Under the pieces are notes generated by a model. The model made no database searches. It was not told the DNA's origin and saw only the letters and a list, made by a program, of their open reading frames with translations. Shown one piece after another: positions 18,622 through 27,596 of a DNA stretch of 60,793 bases. The stretch lies in contig CAZCWO010000001.1 in assembly GCA_964502335.1 (NCBI GenBank), positions 1 to 60,793 of the forward strand, read 5' to 3'. Each line of letters opens with the position of its first letter. Position 1 is the stretch's first letter. The stretch comes from an uncultured Rhodobacterales bacterium. Lineage in GTDB: Bacteria; Pseudomonadota; Alphaproteobacteria; Puniceispirillales; GCA-002684695. The position numbers were made by a program, and so were the translations under genes.

Positions 18622-20774
18622 TGTTAAGCTCAACAAGAATTATAGGTTATTGTCAGCCTTTAGTAATAAATCAGGGTGAAACTACACAATTAAAAATTTC
18701 TAGTAATGGACCTGATAGTTGTGAATTCGAAGTTTTGCGGGTGATCTGTGCAGATATTGATCCATTAGGCCCTGGTTCAAAATTTGAAAAGCAAGATTGG
18801 CAAAAATCTAAAAAAATTAAAATTAAAAATCAAAAAATTAATATTGGATCTTTTGCTTTTATTTCCTCCGCACCAAATATAAAAAATGAACAACAAATAT
18901 ACATTTCGATGTATATATGGCCAACTATAATTTCAAAACCAAAACAAGTTATATTTAATTGGGGTAATTTATCAATATTTATAAGATCGGATGGAAAATG
19001 TGTTTTTGAATTTAATTCAATAAAAGTCGTTTCTAATCAATGTTGTTTTGCCAGAAAGTGGTATAAAGTAAGTTGTTTAGTTGATTTTTCCAAAAAAATT
19101 ATTTCACTTAACATTAATAATCTGAATCCTGAAACTGATGAATTACCGGTTGATAAATCTGAATTAAAAATTGATCTAAAAAAATTTTCTTCAAAAATTT
19201 ACCCAATTTGTTTTGCTGCAAAAATTGATAAAATAGAAAAAAATAAAATTGTTACCAATAATCACTACAACGGGAAAATAGAAAGGCCACAAATTAAGTT
19301 AAATTCTAATAGTGTTCTTTTCGCAAAATGGGATTTTTCTCAAAAGATAAACACAGATGAAATAATTGATATAGGACCAAATAAACTTGTTGGAAATTTA
19401 GTAAACGGGCCAATGCGTGCAGCTACCGGTCATAACTGGAATGGTTCGGTAAAAAGTTGGAATCAAAATAAAGATCATTATGGAGCAATACATTTTCATG
19501 AAGATGATTTAATTGATTGCAAATGGGATACAAATTTTACAATCAAAGCACCCCATTCTGCAAAATCTGGATATTATATTGCCAGGATTAAAGCTAAAGG
19601 AACTCAAAGTGACGTTCCTTTTTTTATTTCAGAAAAGTTTAGACCAATTAAAGGAATAAAAAAAAATAAAGTGTTATTTTTAGCTCCTACTGCAACTTAT
19701 CTGTCTTATTCTAATACACATGTTAAATTTGATAGCCTTAATACAGAAAATTTATTTGAAGGTCCTATTACTCTCAGTGAAGATGAATTATATTTAAATG
19801 AACACAGAGAATTAGGTTTATCTCATTATGATACCCATAGCGATGATTCAGGTGTAGTTTTTGTAAGTGAAAGACGACCAATTTTGAATATGAGACCAGG
19901 TTTATATACATTTAACTACATAAACGACACACACATTATAAAATGGTTAGAAAAAAAAGGCTACGACTATGACATTGTCACAGATGAGGATTTGCATAAA
20001 TATGGAATAGGTCTATTAGAGAATTATCTTGTCGTTATTACAGCTTCTCATCCAGAGTATTTTTCAACTAAAATGTGGGATGCGCTTTTTGAATACCAAA
20101 ACAAAGGTGGTAGGCATATGTATCTTGGAGGTAACGGGTTTTATTGGCGTGTTGCCTATTCAGATTATTATCCAGGTGTCGTTGAAAATAGAAGGGGTAT
20201 ATCTGGTGTCAGAACTTGGGAAGGTGAACCAGGAGAAAATCATTTAAGTTTTACTGGAGAGCCTGGAGGGCTATGGCGATCATCAGGAAGGGCACCCCAG
20301 TCAATTGTAGGCAATGGCTTTTGTGCAACAATGTTTTTAAAGTCAACTTGGTTTCGTAGGAGTAAAGCGTCTTACAAATCTAAATATGAATTCATTTTTA
20401 AAAATTTAAATGATAAAAAAATTGGAGATTTCGGATACAGGGGTGGAGGTTGTGTAGGCCTTGAGATTGATCGCTGGGATAAAGATTTGGGTTCTCCTTT
20501 AAATTCGGAGGTTTTAGCAACCTCAGAAAACATCAATGAAGATGGGCTTCTTTCAGGAGAAGAATTTATAACTACAACTCGTGCAATTACTGGCTCCAAT
20601 AATGCCAAAGTTCGTGCAGATATGGTTTTTTTTACAACTCCTGGAGGCGGAGCTGTTTGGTCAACAGGGTCTATTGCTTGGGCGACATCACTATTGTGGA
20701 ATAATTCCCAAAACTCAGTTTCAAAAGTGACAGAAAACGTATTAAATCGATTTTTAGATAATAAAAAATTTTAA
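18621..20774 (+). CDS. N,N-dimethylformamidase large (beta)-subunit-like protein
   Basis: 717 aa. The C-terminal half has the patterns I associate with this family: KVLFLAPTATYLSYSN, LVVITASHPEYFSTKMWDALFEYQNKGGRHMYLGGNGFYWRV and GGGAVWSTGSIAWATSL. Confidence 0.7.
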   Translation: MLSSTRIIGYCQPLVINQGETTQLKISSNGPDSCEFEVLRVICADIDPLGPGSKFEKQDWQKSKKIKIKNQKINIGSFAFISSAPNIKNEQQIYISMYIWPTIISKPKQVIFNWGNLSIFIRSDGKCVFEFNSIKVVSNQCCFARKWYKVSCLVDFSKKIISLNINNLNPETDELPVDKSELKIDLKKFSSKIYPICFAAKIDKIEKNKIVTNNHYNGKIERPQIKLNSNSVLFAKWDFSQKINTDEIIDIGPNKLVGNLVNGPMRAATGHNWNGSVKSWNQNKDHYGAIHFHEDDLIDCKWDTNFTIKAPHSAKSGYYIARIKAKGTQSDVPFFISEKFRPIKGIKKNKVLFLAPTATYLSYSNTHVKFDSLNTENLFEGPITLSEDELYLNEHRELGLSHYDTHSDDSGVVFVSERRPILNMRPGLYTFNYINDTHIIKWLEKKGYDYDIVTDEDLHKYGIGLLENYLVVITASHPEYFSTKMWDALFEYQNKGGRHMYLGGNGFYWRVAYSDYYPGVVENRRGISGVRTWEGEPGENHLSFTGEPGGLWRSSGRAPQSIVGNGFCATMFLKSTWFRRSKASYKSKYEFIFKNLNDKKIGDFGYRGGGCVGLEIDRWDKDLGSPLNSEVLATSENINEDGLLSGEEFITTTRAITGSNNAKVRADMVFFTTPGGGAVWSTGSIAWATSLLWNNSQNSVSKVTENVLNRFLDNKKF

Positions 20775-20778
20775 TCTT

Positions 20779-22860
20779 ATGAATAGAATTGGAATTGATA
20801 TAGGTGGAACATTTACAGATATAGTTTTAGAAAATAATGGACAGGTATTCTCTAAAAAACTTCTAACCACTAGCAATAATCCTGAGATAGCCGCTTTAAA
20901 TGGTATCAATTATTTATTATTTGAAAATAATTTAAAATTAAAAGAAATTGACACCATTATACATGGAACAACGCTTGCTGCAAATGCACTGATTGAAAGA
21001 AAAGGCGCAAAAACCGCATTTATAACTACTAAAGGATTTCGAGATGTTTTAGAAATGAGGTACGAAAAAAGATTTGATCAGTATGATTTAAACTTAGAAT
21101 TTCCTGAACCACTAGTTTCACGAGATTTAAGAATATGCGTTAATGAAAGATGTTTAGCAAATGGAGAAATTCTAAAGTCTCCTTCAAAATTTGAATTAGG
21201 TAAAGTAGTCAAAAAATTAATTAAATCAAATATTGAAGCAGTTGCGATTGGTTTTCTGCATTCCTATTTAAATCCTAGCAATGAGAAGATAGTAGCAAAA
21301 TTTTTTAAACAAAATTTACCTAAACATGTAACAATATGCCAAAGTTCTGAAATTTCACCAGAAGATAGAGAATACGAAAGGTTTTCTACAACTGTAGCAA
21401 ATGCATATATCAGGCCTGTTATCATTAATTATATAAATCTATTTAATAAAGAATTACTAAAAATCGGATTTAAGGGTAATTTCTTTCTATTATCCTCAAG
21501 CGGAGGATTAATCAACTTAGAACATTCAAAAAAAGTACCCATCAGATTAATAGAGTCTGGACCTGCAGGTGGAATCATATTAGCTAAAAATATTTCCAAG
21601 AAGCTTAAAGATGAAAACACTATTGCATTAGATATTGGCGGAACAACAGCTAAAATATGTTTTCTTACAAAAGGTGAACCTCAAATTACAAGACGTCTAG
21701 AAGTCGCTAGAGCGTGGAAAAACAAAAAGGGAAGTGGTCTACCTTTAAAAATCCCAGCCATGGATCTTATAGAGATTGGAGCTGGAGGAGGTTCAATTGC
21801 TAGATCAGATCTACTCGGACGTCTAATCATAGGTCCAGAAAGCTCCGGAGCTAATCCTGGACCTGCTTGCTATAATAAAGGTGGGAAAAATTCTACAATT
21901 ACAGATGCAAATTTAATTTTAGGCAGAATATCAAGAAATTCTTTTGCAGATGGAATAATTAAAATTGATAAAACCAAAGCCCAACAAGTTATCAAAACAG
22001 AGTTTGTTTCAAATAAAAAATTTGAATCTATTAGTTGGGCATCGGCCGGTATTATAGAAATCAGTGAACAACTTATGGCTGACGCTTTAAGAATTCACGG
22101 CTTAGATTTAGGTAAAAATATTACCGATAGTAGCTTGGTAGTTTCAGGAGGAGGAGGCCCAATTCATGCGACAGGGATTGCAGATAAATTAGAGATTAAA
22201 AAAATCATAGTACCTTACTTAGCGGGTGTAGGTTCTGCACTAGGATTTTTAGATGCGCCTGTCAGTTACCAGATAGCTAAAAGCATAGTTAGATTTTTGT
22301 CAAAGGTTAAAGTTGTAGAATTTAAAAAAACCATAGTTAGTATAAAAAAAAATATTTTCTCAATTCTTAAAGATAGTATTCCTAAAAATGAAACCTTAAA
22401 TTTTACTATTAAAGCTGAACTAAGATATAGGGGGCAGGGGAATGAGATTTCAATTGATATAACCAAACTAGTTAAATCTAAATCAATTTTTTTAAAACTT
22501 AAAAAAATATTTGTGAATGAATATGAGAAAAAGTTTGGTTTTTCTATGCCAAAATTAGATATAGAATTAATGTCAATTATTATATCTGGTGATTGTCGTA
22601 CAAAAAACTCATTAAATTTTAGCCCAAATAAAAATATAAAAAAATCTGAAAAGCTTTTCCAATCAGTTTTTGATTTTAAATCAAATAAATTTATTAAATA
22701 TAAAGTTTTTGAAAGAGAAGGTCTTCCTAATAGGTTTATTGAAAATGGACCTTGTCTAATCAAAGAAACTCAAACCACTACAATTGTTCCTCCTGGGTGG
22801 CAAGTCACCAAACATAAAGAAAAACATTTAATCTTAACTAAAAACACACACAATACTTAA
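20779..22860 (+). CDS. hyuA: hydantoinase A/oxoprolinase-family subunit, second copy
   Basis: 693 aa, with MNRIGIDIGGTFTD and ALDIGGTTAKI. It starts 4 nt after the stop of the DMFase-like gene. Confidence 0.9.
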   Translation: MNRIGIDIGGTFTDIVLENNGQVFSKKLLTTSNNPEIAALNGINYLLFENNLKLKEIDTIIHGTTLAANALIERKGAKTAFITTKGFRDVLEMRYEKRFDQYDLNLEFPEPLVSRDLRICVNERCLANGEILKSPSKFELGKVVKKLIKSNIEAVAIGFLHSYLNPSNEKIVAKFFKQNLPKHVTICQSSEISPEDREYERFSTTVANAYIRPVIINYINLFNKELLKIGFKGNFFLLSSSGGLINLEHSKKVPIRLIESGPAGGIILAKNISKKLKDENTIALDIGGTTAKICFLTKGEPQITRRLEVARAWKNKKGSGLPLKIPAMDLIEIGAGGGSIARSDLLGRLIIGPESSGANPGPACYNKGGKNSTITDANLILGRISRNSFADGIIKIDKTKAQQVIKTEFVSNKKFESISWASAGIIEISEQLMADALRIHGLDLGKNITDSSLVVSGGGGPIHATGIADKLEIKKIIVPYLAGVGSALGFLDAPVSYQIAKSIVRFLSKVKVVEFKKTIVSIKKNIFSILKDSIPKNETLNFTIKAELRYRGQGNEISIDITKLVKSKSIFLKLKKIFVNEYEKKFGFSMPKLDIELMSIIISGDCRTKNSLNFSPNKNIKKSEKLFQSVFDFKSNKFIKYKVFEREGLPNRFIENGPCLIKETQTTTIVPPGWQVTKHKEKHLILTKNTHNT

Positions 22861-22878
22861 GTTAAAAAGAGAAAACTT

Positions 22879-24495
22879 ATGAAAAACGAAAATAGTCAAA
22901 AAATCCATCAAAATATCTTATGGAATGAATTGATTTCAATATGTGAAGAACAAGCTAATAATCTTCTTAAAGCAGCTTTTGGACCTATAGTAAGAGAAGC
23001 AGGAGATATTTCAGCAGGAGTTTTTGATGACAAATATAATATGCTTGCTCAAGCAATTACGGGGACACCAGGACATGTAAATACAATGGCCAAATCTGTT
23101 CAAGCAATGATCTCTGAAGTTCCTAAAAACTCTTTTTCTGAAGGTGATGTTTTGATAACCAATGATCCATGGCTAGGCGCTGGTCATATATTCGATTTTG
23201 TAGTGGTTACACCAGTTTTTCATAAAAAGATACTAGTAGCTTACTTTGCTTCAACTTGTCACATTACTGACATTGGAGGTATTGGGTGGTCAGCTGAAGC
23301 CAGAAGTATGTTTGAAGAAGGAACATTAATCCCTGTATCTTTTTTAAGAAAAAATTTTGAAGTTCAAGAGCAATTACTGAATATAATTTGCAGCAATTCT
23401 AGAGTGTCTAATGAGGCAAGAGGTGACATACTATCTTTAATGAGTTCAAATGATACTGGGGTTGAACGTTTGTTAAAATTGTTTAAAAAATATAAATTAC
23501 CAAACTTAACATCGATAGCAAAATTTATTTTTGCAAGTTCAAATAATGCAATGATGTCTATTTTAAGACAATTACCAAAAGGCGTATTTGAAAATAAGCT
23601 AAATCTAGATGGTTACGATCAAAGTATTTTTCTAACAGCAAAAGTTTCCATCACATCTAAACATATAGAAGTTGACCTAAACGGATCATCTGAAGCAATA
23701 AATAGAGGAATTAATTGCCCATTAAATTATTCAATAGCTTATGCTTCATATGGCATTAAAGTCGCTATTTTCCCTGATATCCCTAACAATGCTGCTTCAC
23801 TAGAAACGATCAAAGTAAAGGCACTTCCAGGCCTTATAGTAAGTGCTCAAAAGCCTAGCCCAGTAACATCGCGTCACGTAATAGGCCATGCTTTGCCTGA
23901 TTTGGTCTTGGGTTGTTTAGCTAAAGCGCTACCAAATAAAATAATTTCTGAAAGTTCAGGTGCATTATGGACTATTTCTTTAACTGGCGAAGATAGAATT
24001 AAGTTTTCATCATTAAATGTTGCTTTAGGAGGAATGGGGGCAAGACCTAACTCAGATGGCCTCTCAACAACTGCCTTTCCTTCAGGTGTAGGGGCTGTTT
24101 CAGTAGAGGTTTCAGAAAATGCCGCACCGGTTATATATCATAAGAAAGAACTAATTCCAAATAGTGGAGGGAAGGGAAAATTTAGAGGAGGATTAGGACA
24201 AGAAATTGTTATTGGAGCTTTAACCAATGAACCATATTTTATTTCCGCAGCAGCATTTGAGAGAACTAGAGAGGGACCAAATGGTCGAGAAGGTGGAGAA
24301 AGAGGATCTAAAGGAAGCGTTACTATAAGCGATGGAAGAATTGTAAAAGACAAAGGTAACTACATGATTAAAGCTAATGATACTGTATGCCTAAGGACAC
24401 CAGGAGGAGGAGGGTTTGGAAAGTTTAATCAAAGAAAAAATGAAAAAAAAATTACTGACCTAAAATTCGGCTACATTACCAAATCTAATTTATAG
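22879..24495 (+). CDS. hyuB: hydantoinase B/oxoprolinase-family subunit, second copy
   Basis: 538 aa, with ..TNDPWLGAGHIFD.. and ..GGKGKFRGGLGQEIV... Confidence 0.9.
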   Translation: MKNENSQKIHQNILWNELISICEEQANNLLKAAFGPIVREAGDISAGVFDDKYNMLAQAITGTPGHVNTMAKSVQAMISEVPKNSFSEGDVLITNDPWLGAGHIFDFVVVTPVFHKKILVAYFASTCHITDIGGIGWSAEARSMFEEGTLIPVSFLRKNFEVQEQLLNIICSNSRVSNEARGDILSLMSSNDTGVERLLKLFKKYKLPNLTSIAKFIFASSNNAMMSILRQLPKGVFENKLNLDGYDQSIFLTAKVSITSKHIEVDLNGSSEAINRGINCPLNYSIAYASYGIKVAIFPDIPNNAASLETIKVKALPGLIVSAQKPSPVTSRHVIGHALPDLVLGCLAKALPNKIISESSGALWTISLTGEDRIKFSSLNVALGGMGARPNSDGLSTTAFPSGVGAVSVEVSENAAPVIYHKKELIPNSGGKGKFRGGLGQEIVIGALTNEPYFISAAAFERTREGPNGREGGERGSKGSVTISDGRIVKDKGNYMIKANDTVCLRTPGGGGFGKFNQRKNEKKITDLKFGYITKSNL

Positions 24496-24517
24496 TAAAA
24501 TGAACTCATGATTTTTT

Positions 24518-24616
24518 ATAGTAAGTTGCTATTTAGCTTACAAAGGAAAAATTGCATTGGTCACGGGAACCAGTTCCAGTTTAGGATCGTGCATCATCAC
24601 TAAAAACGGTTTTTGA
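24518..24616 (+). pseudogene. N-terminal remnant of a short-chain dehydrogenase/reductase gene
   Basis: The frame reads I-V-S-C-Y-L-A-Y-K-G-K-I-A-L-V-T-G-T-S-S-S-L-G-S-C-I-I-T-K-N-G-F-*. This is the GKxALVTGxSSxxG Rossmann start of an SDR. It has no start codon (ATA at 24518) and stops after about 33 codons. Its last 17 nt overlap the 3' end of the convergent MttB-family gene. Confidence 0.35.
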
Positions 24617-26153
24617 AGGGCTTAATAATTTCCTTTGGAATTTTAATAGGAAAACTTTCTCTAATTTTATTATCAGTTTCGTCATCAATATAAACTGGAT
24701 AATGAGAATTTAATATTTCTCTGGCATAACTTTCTGCCCTTTTTCTTATATCTGGAGAGCCCTCTTCTTCCCATTCCTCCTGACGCGATCTATCAGCCAA
24801 ATTTGGATATAAATACTCTGTTTTCATCAAAGACAATGTTTGAGATGACCTTAAAAAATGACCCTCACCTTGAACTGTTTTCTTAATCACGTCATATGAT
24901 AATGTTTCATCATTAACCTCAATTCCACGGACTGCTCTCATAACCATCCCTAACATTTCATTATCAATTACCAACGATTCATATGAACAGCCCATTAGGC
25001 TTGCCATCATTCCAGAAGATTCTGAAACATTGTTACACCCCGCTAGAGCGGCCATTACAATTGATATACCTTTTTCATAACCAGACTGCGCGTCAGGGCT
25101 TTTTGCATCAGTCATTCCAGCTCCTACAGAACTAGCCAGGCCATAGTGATTGGTAAGTTGAGCAGAAGCAGCACTCATAATAGCCTCCTCACCTCCCCCA
25201 CCAGAAAAGGCTCCTGTCCTTAAGTCTGTCACAAATGGCCAAGGCCCAAAAATTACTGGGTGCCCAGGCTTAATAAGATCGATAAGCATCAAACTTGCCA
25301 ATGTTTCGGCCAAAGATTGAACCAAACAACCAGCTAAAGCTGCTGGAGCAGTTGCCCCGGATTGAGGGGCAATAACCACCCAAATTGGTGCTTGCAATTC
25401 CAGGGAAGCAATAGCCACTTCACAGTTTTCAGTTCCATACTCTAAAGGTGATACCACTGTACATCCTCCGCCATGACAGAAAGGTCTTTTGACGAATTGA
25501 CCATCACCGCCAGCAAAAATATCCAACATTTCTAAAGTTGGCTTAACATGCTTTCCATCAGAAAAAGTTAGAGCTGTATGCTTTTTGGTTCCAACCAAAC
25601 TTGCATAAGCAGTATTAATATCCGCCATATAAAGATCATGGCTTAGCTCAGTAGGAACTACAAACCTCGAATAACTATGAATATTATCCAAGTAGTCAAC
25701 CATTCTGGCAATATCGTACACATCACTAATGGTCGAAGGGCGATATTTTTTTGCCCCTAAATCAAGAACAGTTACGGCCTCTCCTGCCCCAAACAGATTA
25801 ACTTTATTTCCAGAAAGTTCGATATCATGTTTTGGATCTCTTCCATATAAAACAAAGTCTCTTCCTGCACGAGCAATTACATCTTCCACAAGAGACCTGG
25901 GGAAACAAAGACGTCCTTTTTCATTAATATTAAATCCATTTTGGACAGCCACCTCAACCAACTCAGGCAATGGATTTCCCATTCCTAAATTTTCTAAAAC
26001 ATCTAACGCAGTCGAATGAATTTTTTTAATGTCATTATCACTTAGAGGTTTATAGTTTCCTCCCTGCATTCCCTTTGATATTACAGGCTCAATTTTTTCA
26101 AAATCGAGCAAATTTTTTCTTCTTTTATTTTTTCTTTTTACTTCTCTAATCAT
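24600..26153 (-). CDS. MttB-superfamily methyltransferase, non-pyrrolysine type (quaternary-amine:corrinoid methyltransferase-like)
   Basis: 517 aa, uninterrupted, with no in-frame TAG. The N-terminal region ..YKPLSDNDIKKIHSTALDVLENLGMGN.. and the overall length are typical of the trimethylamine methyltransferase (MttB) family. Confidence 0.8.
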   Translation of the reverse strand: MIREVKRKNKRRKNLLDFEKIEPVISKGMQGGNYKPLSDNDIKKIHSTALDVLENLGMGNPLPELVEVAVQNGFNINEKGRLCFPRSLVEDVIARAGRDFVLYGRDPKHDIELSGNKVNLFGAGEAVTVLDLGAKKYRPSTISDVYDIARMVDYLDNIHSYSRFVVPTELSHDLYMADINTAYASLVGTKKHTALTFSDGKHVKPTLEMLDIFAGGDGQFVKRPFCHGGGCTVVSPLEYGTENCEVAIASLELQAPIWVVIAPQSGATAPAALAGCLVQSLAETLASLMLIDLIKPGHPVIFGPWPFVTDLRTGAFSGGGGEEAIMSAASAQLTNHYGLASSVGAGMTDAKSPDAQSGYEKGISIVMAALAGCNNVSESSGMMASLMGCSYESLVIDNEMLGMVMRAVRGIEVNDETLSYDVIKKTVQGEGHFLRSSQTLSLMKTEYLYPNLADRSRQEEWEEEGSPDIRKRAESYAREILNSHYPVYIDDETDNKIRESFPIKIPKEIIKPFKNRF

Positions 26154-26426
26154 GGTTTAATAATTTTCAAATTTTCTCTATTTTTTTATTATTTCTTGAA
26201 AAAATATCCGTTAGTTAGTTTCTAAAAATAAATTAGAAATGAAATAATATAAAACTTTTAAGATGTTATTTATAAGATAATTATTGTTTTAAACTAAAAC
26301 AAATAAAATAAAAAATGAAAAACAAATTTCTTAAATAATGTTTCACTATAAGAGAAAATATTTAAAACAATTGATTTCAAAAATCAGTAATGTAGTCTTT
26401 CTTGTAAAAACTCTAGATATTAAAAA

Positions 26427-26978
26427 ATGAACTCTCAGGATTTTAAATTGAAAAAAGAAAAATCAGTAATTGATAATAGCTGGGAAAAACCATTATTACA
26501 TCTTCTAAAACAGCATAATGTTAGGTTTCTTCCTTACGTGCCCGATGCTGGCCATGCTGGTCTTATTTCATTATCTGAACAAGATGAATTTATTCAACCA
26601 ATTGTATTAACGACTGAAGAAGAAGGCATTGCCTTTTCAAGTGGATCATGGCTGGGTGGGGGAAAATCTGTTCTCCTTATGCAAAGTAGCGGCGTTGGTA
26701 ATTGCATCAACATGTTGACAATGTTAGTAAATTGCAATTTTCCTTTTGTCACACTAATTACTATGCGTGGTGAATTTGGAGAGTTTAACTCTTGGCAGAT
26801 ACCAATGGGGCAAGCCACTCCGACATGCCTTGAAACAATGGGGTTGATTGTTCATAGAGTAGATAAAAAAAAGGAAGTCCTCCCAGTTATCGATGCCAGT
26901 CTTTATTCTGCTTTTTCAAGTGATCAACAAATAGCTGTTTTATTGTCACAAAAATTACTTGGAAGAAAAGAATGGTAA
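26427..26978 (+). CDS. comD: ThDP-dependent decarboxylase alpha subunit (sulfopyruvate decarboxylase ComD-like; pyrimidine-binding half)
   Basis: 183 aa, resembling the N-terminal TPP-enzyme domain (..LTTEEEGIAFSSGSWLGG..). It overlaps the next gene by 7 nt (ATGGTAA). Confidence 0.7.
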   Translation: MNSQDFKLKKEKSVIDNSWEKPLLHLLKQHNVRFLPYVPDAGHAGLISLSEQDEFIQPIVLTTEEEGIAFSSGSWLGGGKSVLLMQSSGVGNCINMLTMLVNCNFPFVTLITMRGEFGEFNSWQIPMGQATPTCLETMGLIVHRVDKKKEVLPVIDASLYSAFSSDQQIAVLLSQKLLGRKEW

Positions 26979-27562
26979 AAGTAAATAACTCTTTAAAAAG
27001 ACGTGAGGTTGTAAAAAAGATTATAGATCACTGTGGGGAAGCTAGAGTAATTACTGGCCTTGGTTCTGCTACCTACGATGTTTTCGATGCTGGTGACAGA
27101 GATGCTAATTTTTACCTATGGGGTGCAATGGGTGGTGCAGCAATGACTGGCCTTGGTCTGGCTTTAGCAAAACCAGATATACCTTCAATAGTCATCACAG
27201 GTGATGGGGAACAATTAATGGGTATGGGGTCTATAGCTTCAATTGGTGTCCAAAAACCTAAAAATTTAGCTATTATTGTCCTGGATAATGGTTATTTTGG
27301 TGAAACTGGAATGCAAAAAAGTCATACATCTCAAGGGGTTGATCTTCATTTAATTGCTAAAGCTTCAAATTTTAAGCACAGTTATTTAATTAGCTGCCAA
27401 GAAGATTTAGACAATTTTATTAGCGTTCTACCGCCCTCAGACGGGCCAATATTTGCAAATATCAAAATTGAATCTAAAAACCCTCCAAGAAGCTTGCCAA
27501 TTCTAGATGGAGTAGAAATAAAAAATAGATTTCGTCGAAGCCTTGGATTTGACCCTCTTTAA
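26972..27562 (+). CDS. comE: ThDP-dependent decarboxylase beta subunit (ComE-like; diphosphate-binding half)
   Basis: 196 aa with the ThDP motif GDGEQLMGMGSIASIGVQKPKNLAIIVLDNGYFGETG. Confidence 0.75.
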   Translation: MVKVNNSLKRREVVKKIIDHCGEARVITGLGSATYDVFDAGDRDANFYLWGAMGGAAMTGLGLALAKPDIPSIVITGDGEQLMGMGSIASIGVQKPKNLAIIVLDNGYFGETGMQKSHTSQGVDLHLIAKASNFKHSYLISCQEDLDNFISVLPPSDGPIFANIKIESKNPPRSLPILDGVEIKNRFRRSLGFDPL

Positions 27563-27596
27563 GTTGAGCTATAAAAAATTATCGAACCTCTAAAAT

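Noticed and set aside
24565-24578. The palindrome GGAACCAGTTCC, considered as a terminator between the convergent hyuB and MttB-family genes.
   Set aside because: A 5-bp stem with a 2-nt loop cannot fold as a hairpin. The sequence is better explained as the codons for T-G-T-S-S in the SDR remnant.
24600-26153. A pyrrolysine (in-frame TAG) codon in the MttB-family gene.
   Set aside because: The reading frame is continuous for 517 codons with no internal amber codon, and no pyl genes are present. It is a non-Pyl family member.
26154-26426. A possible riboswitch or small RNA in the 273-bp leader between the MttB-family gene and comD.
   Set aside because: The region is almost pure A/T, with only short imperfect repeats (for example TTTCTAA-N7-TTAGAAA). 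I recognise no conserved riboswitch core and no stable structure.
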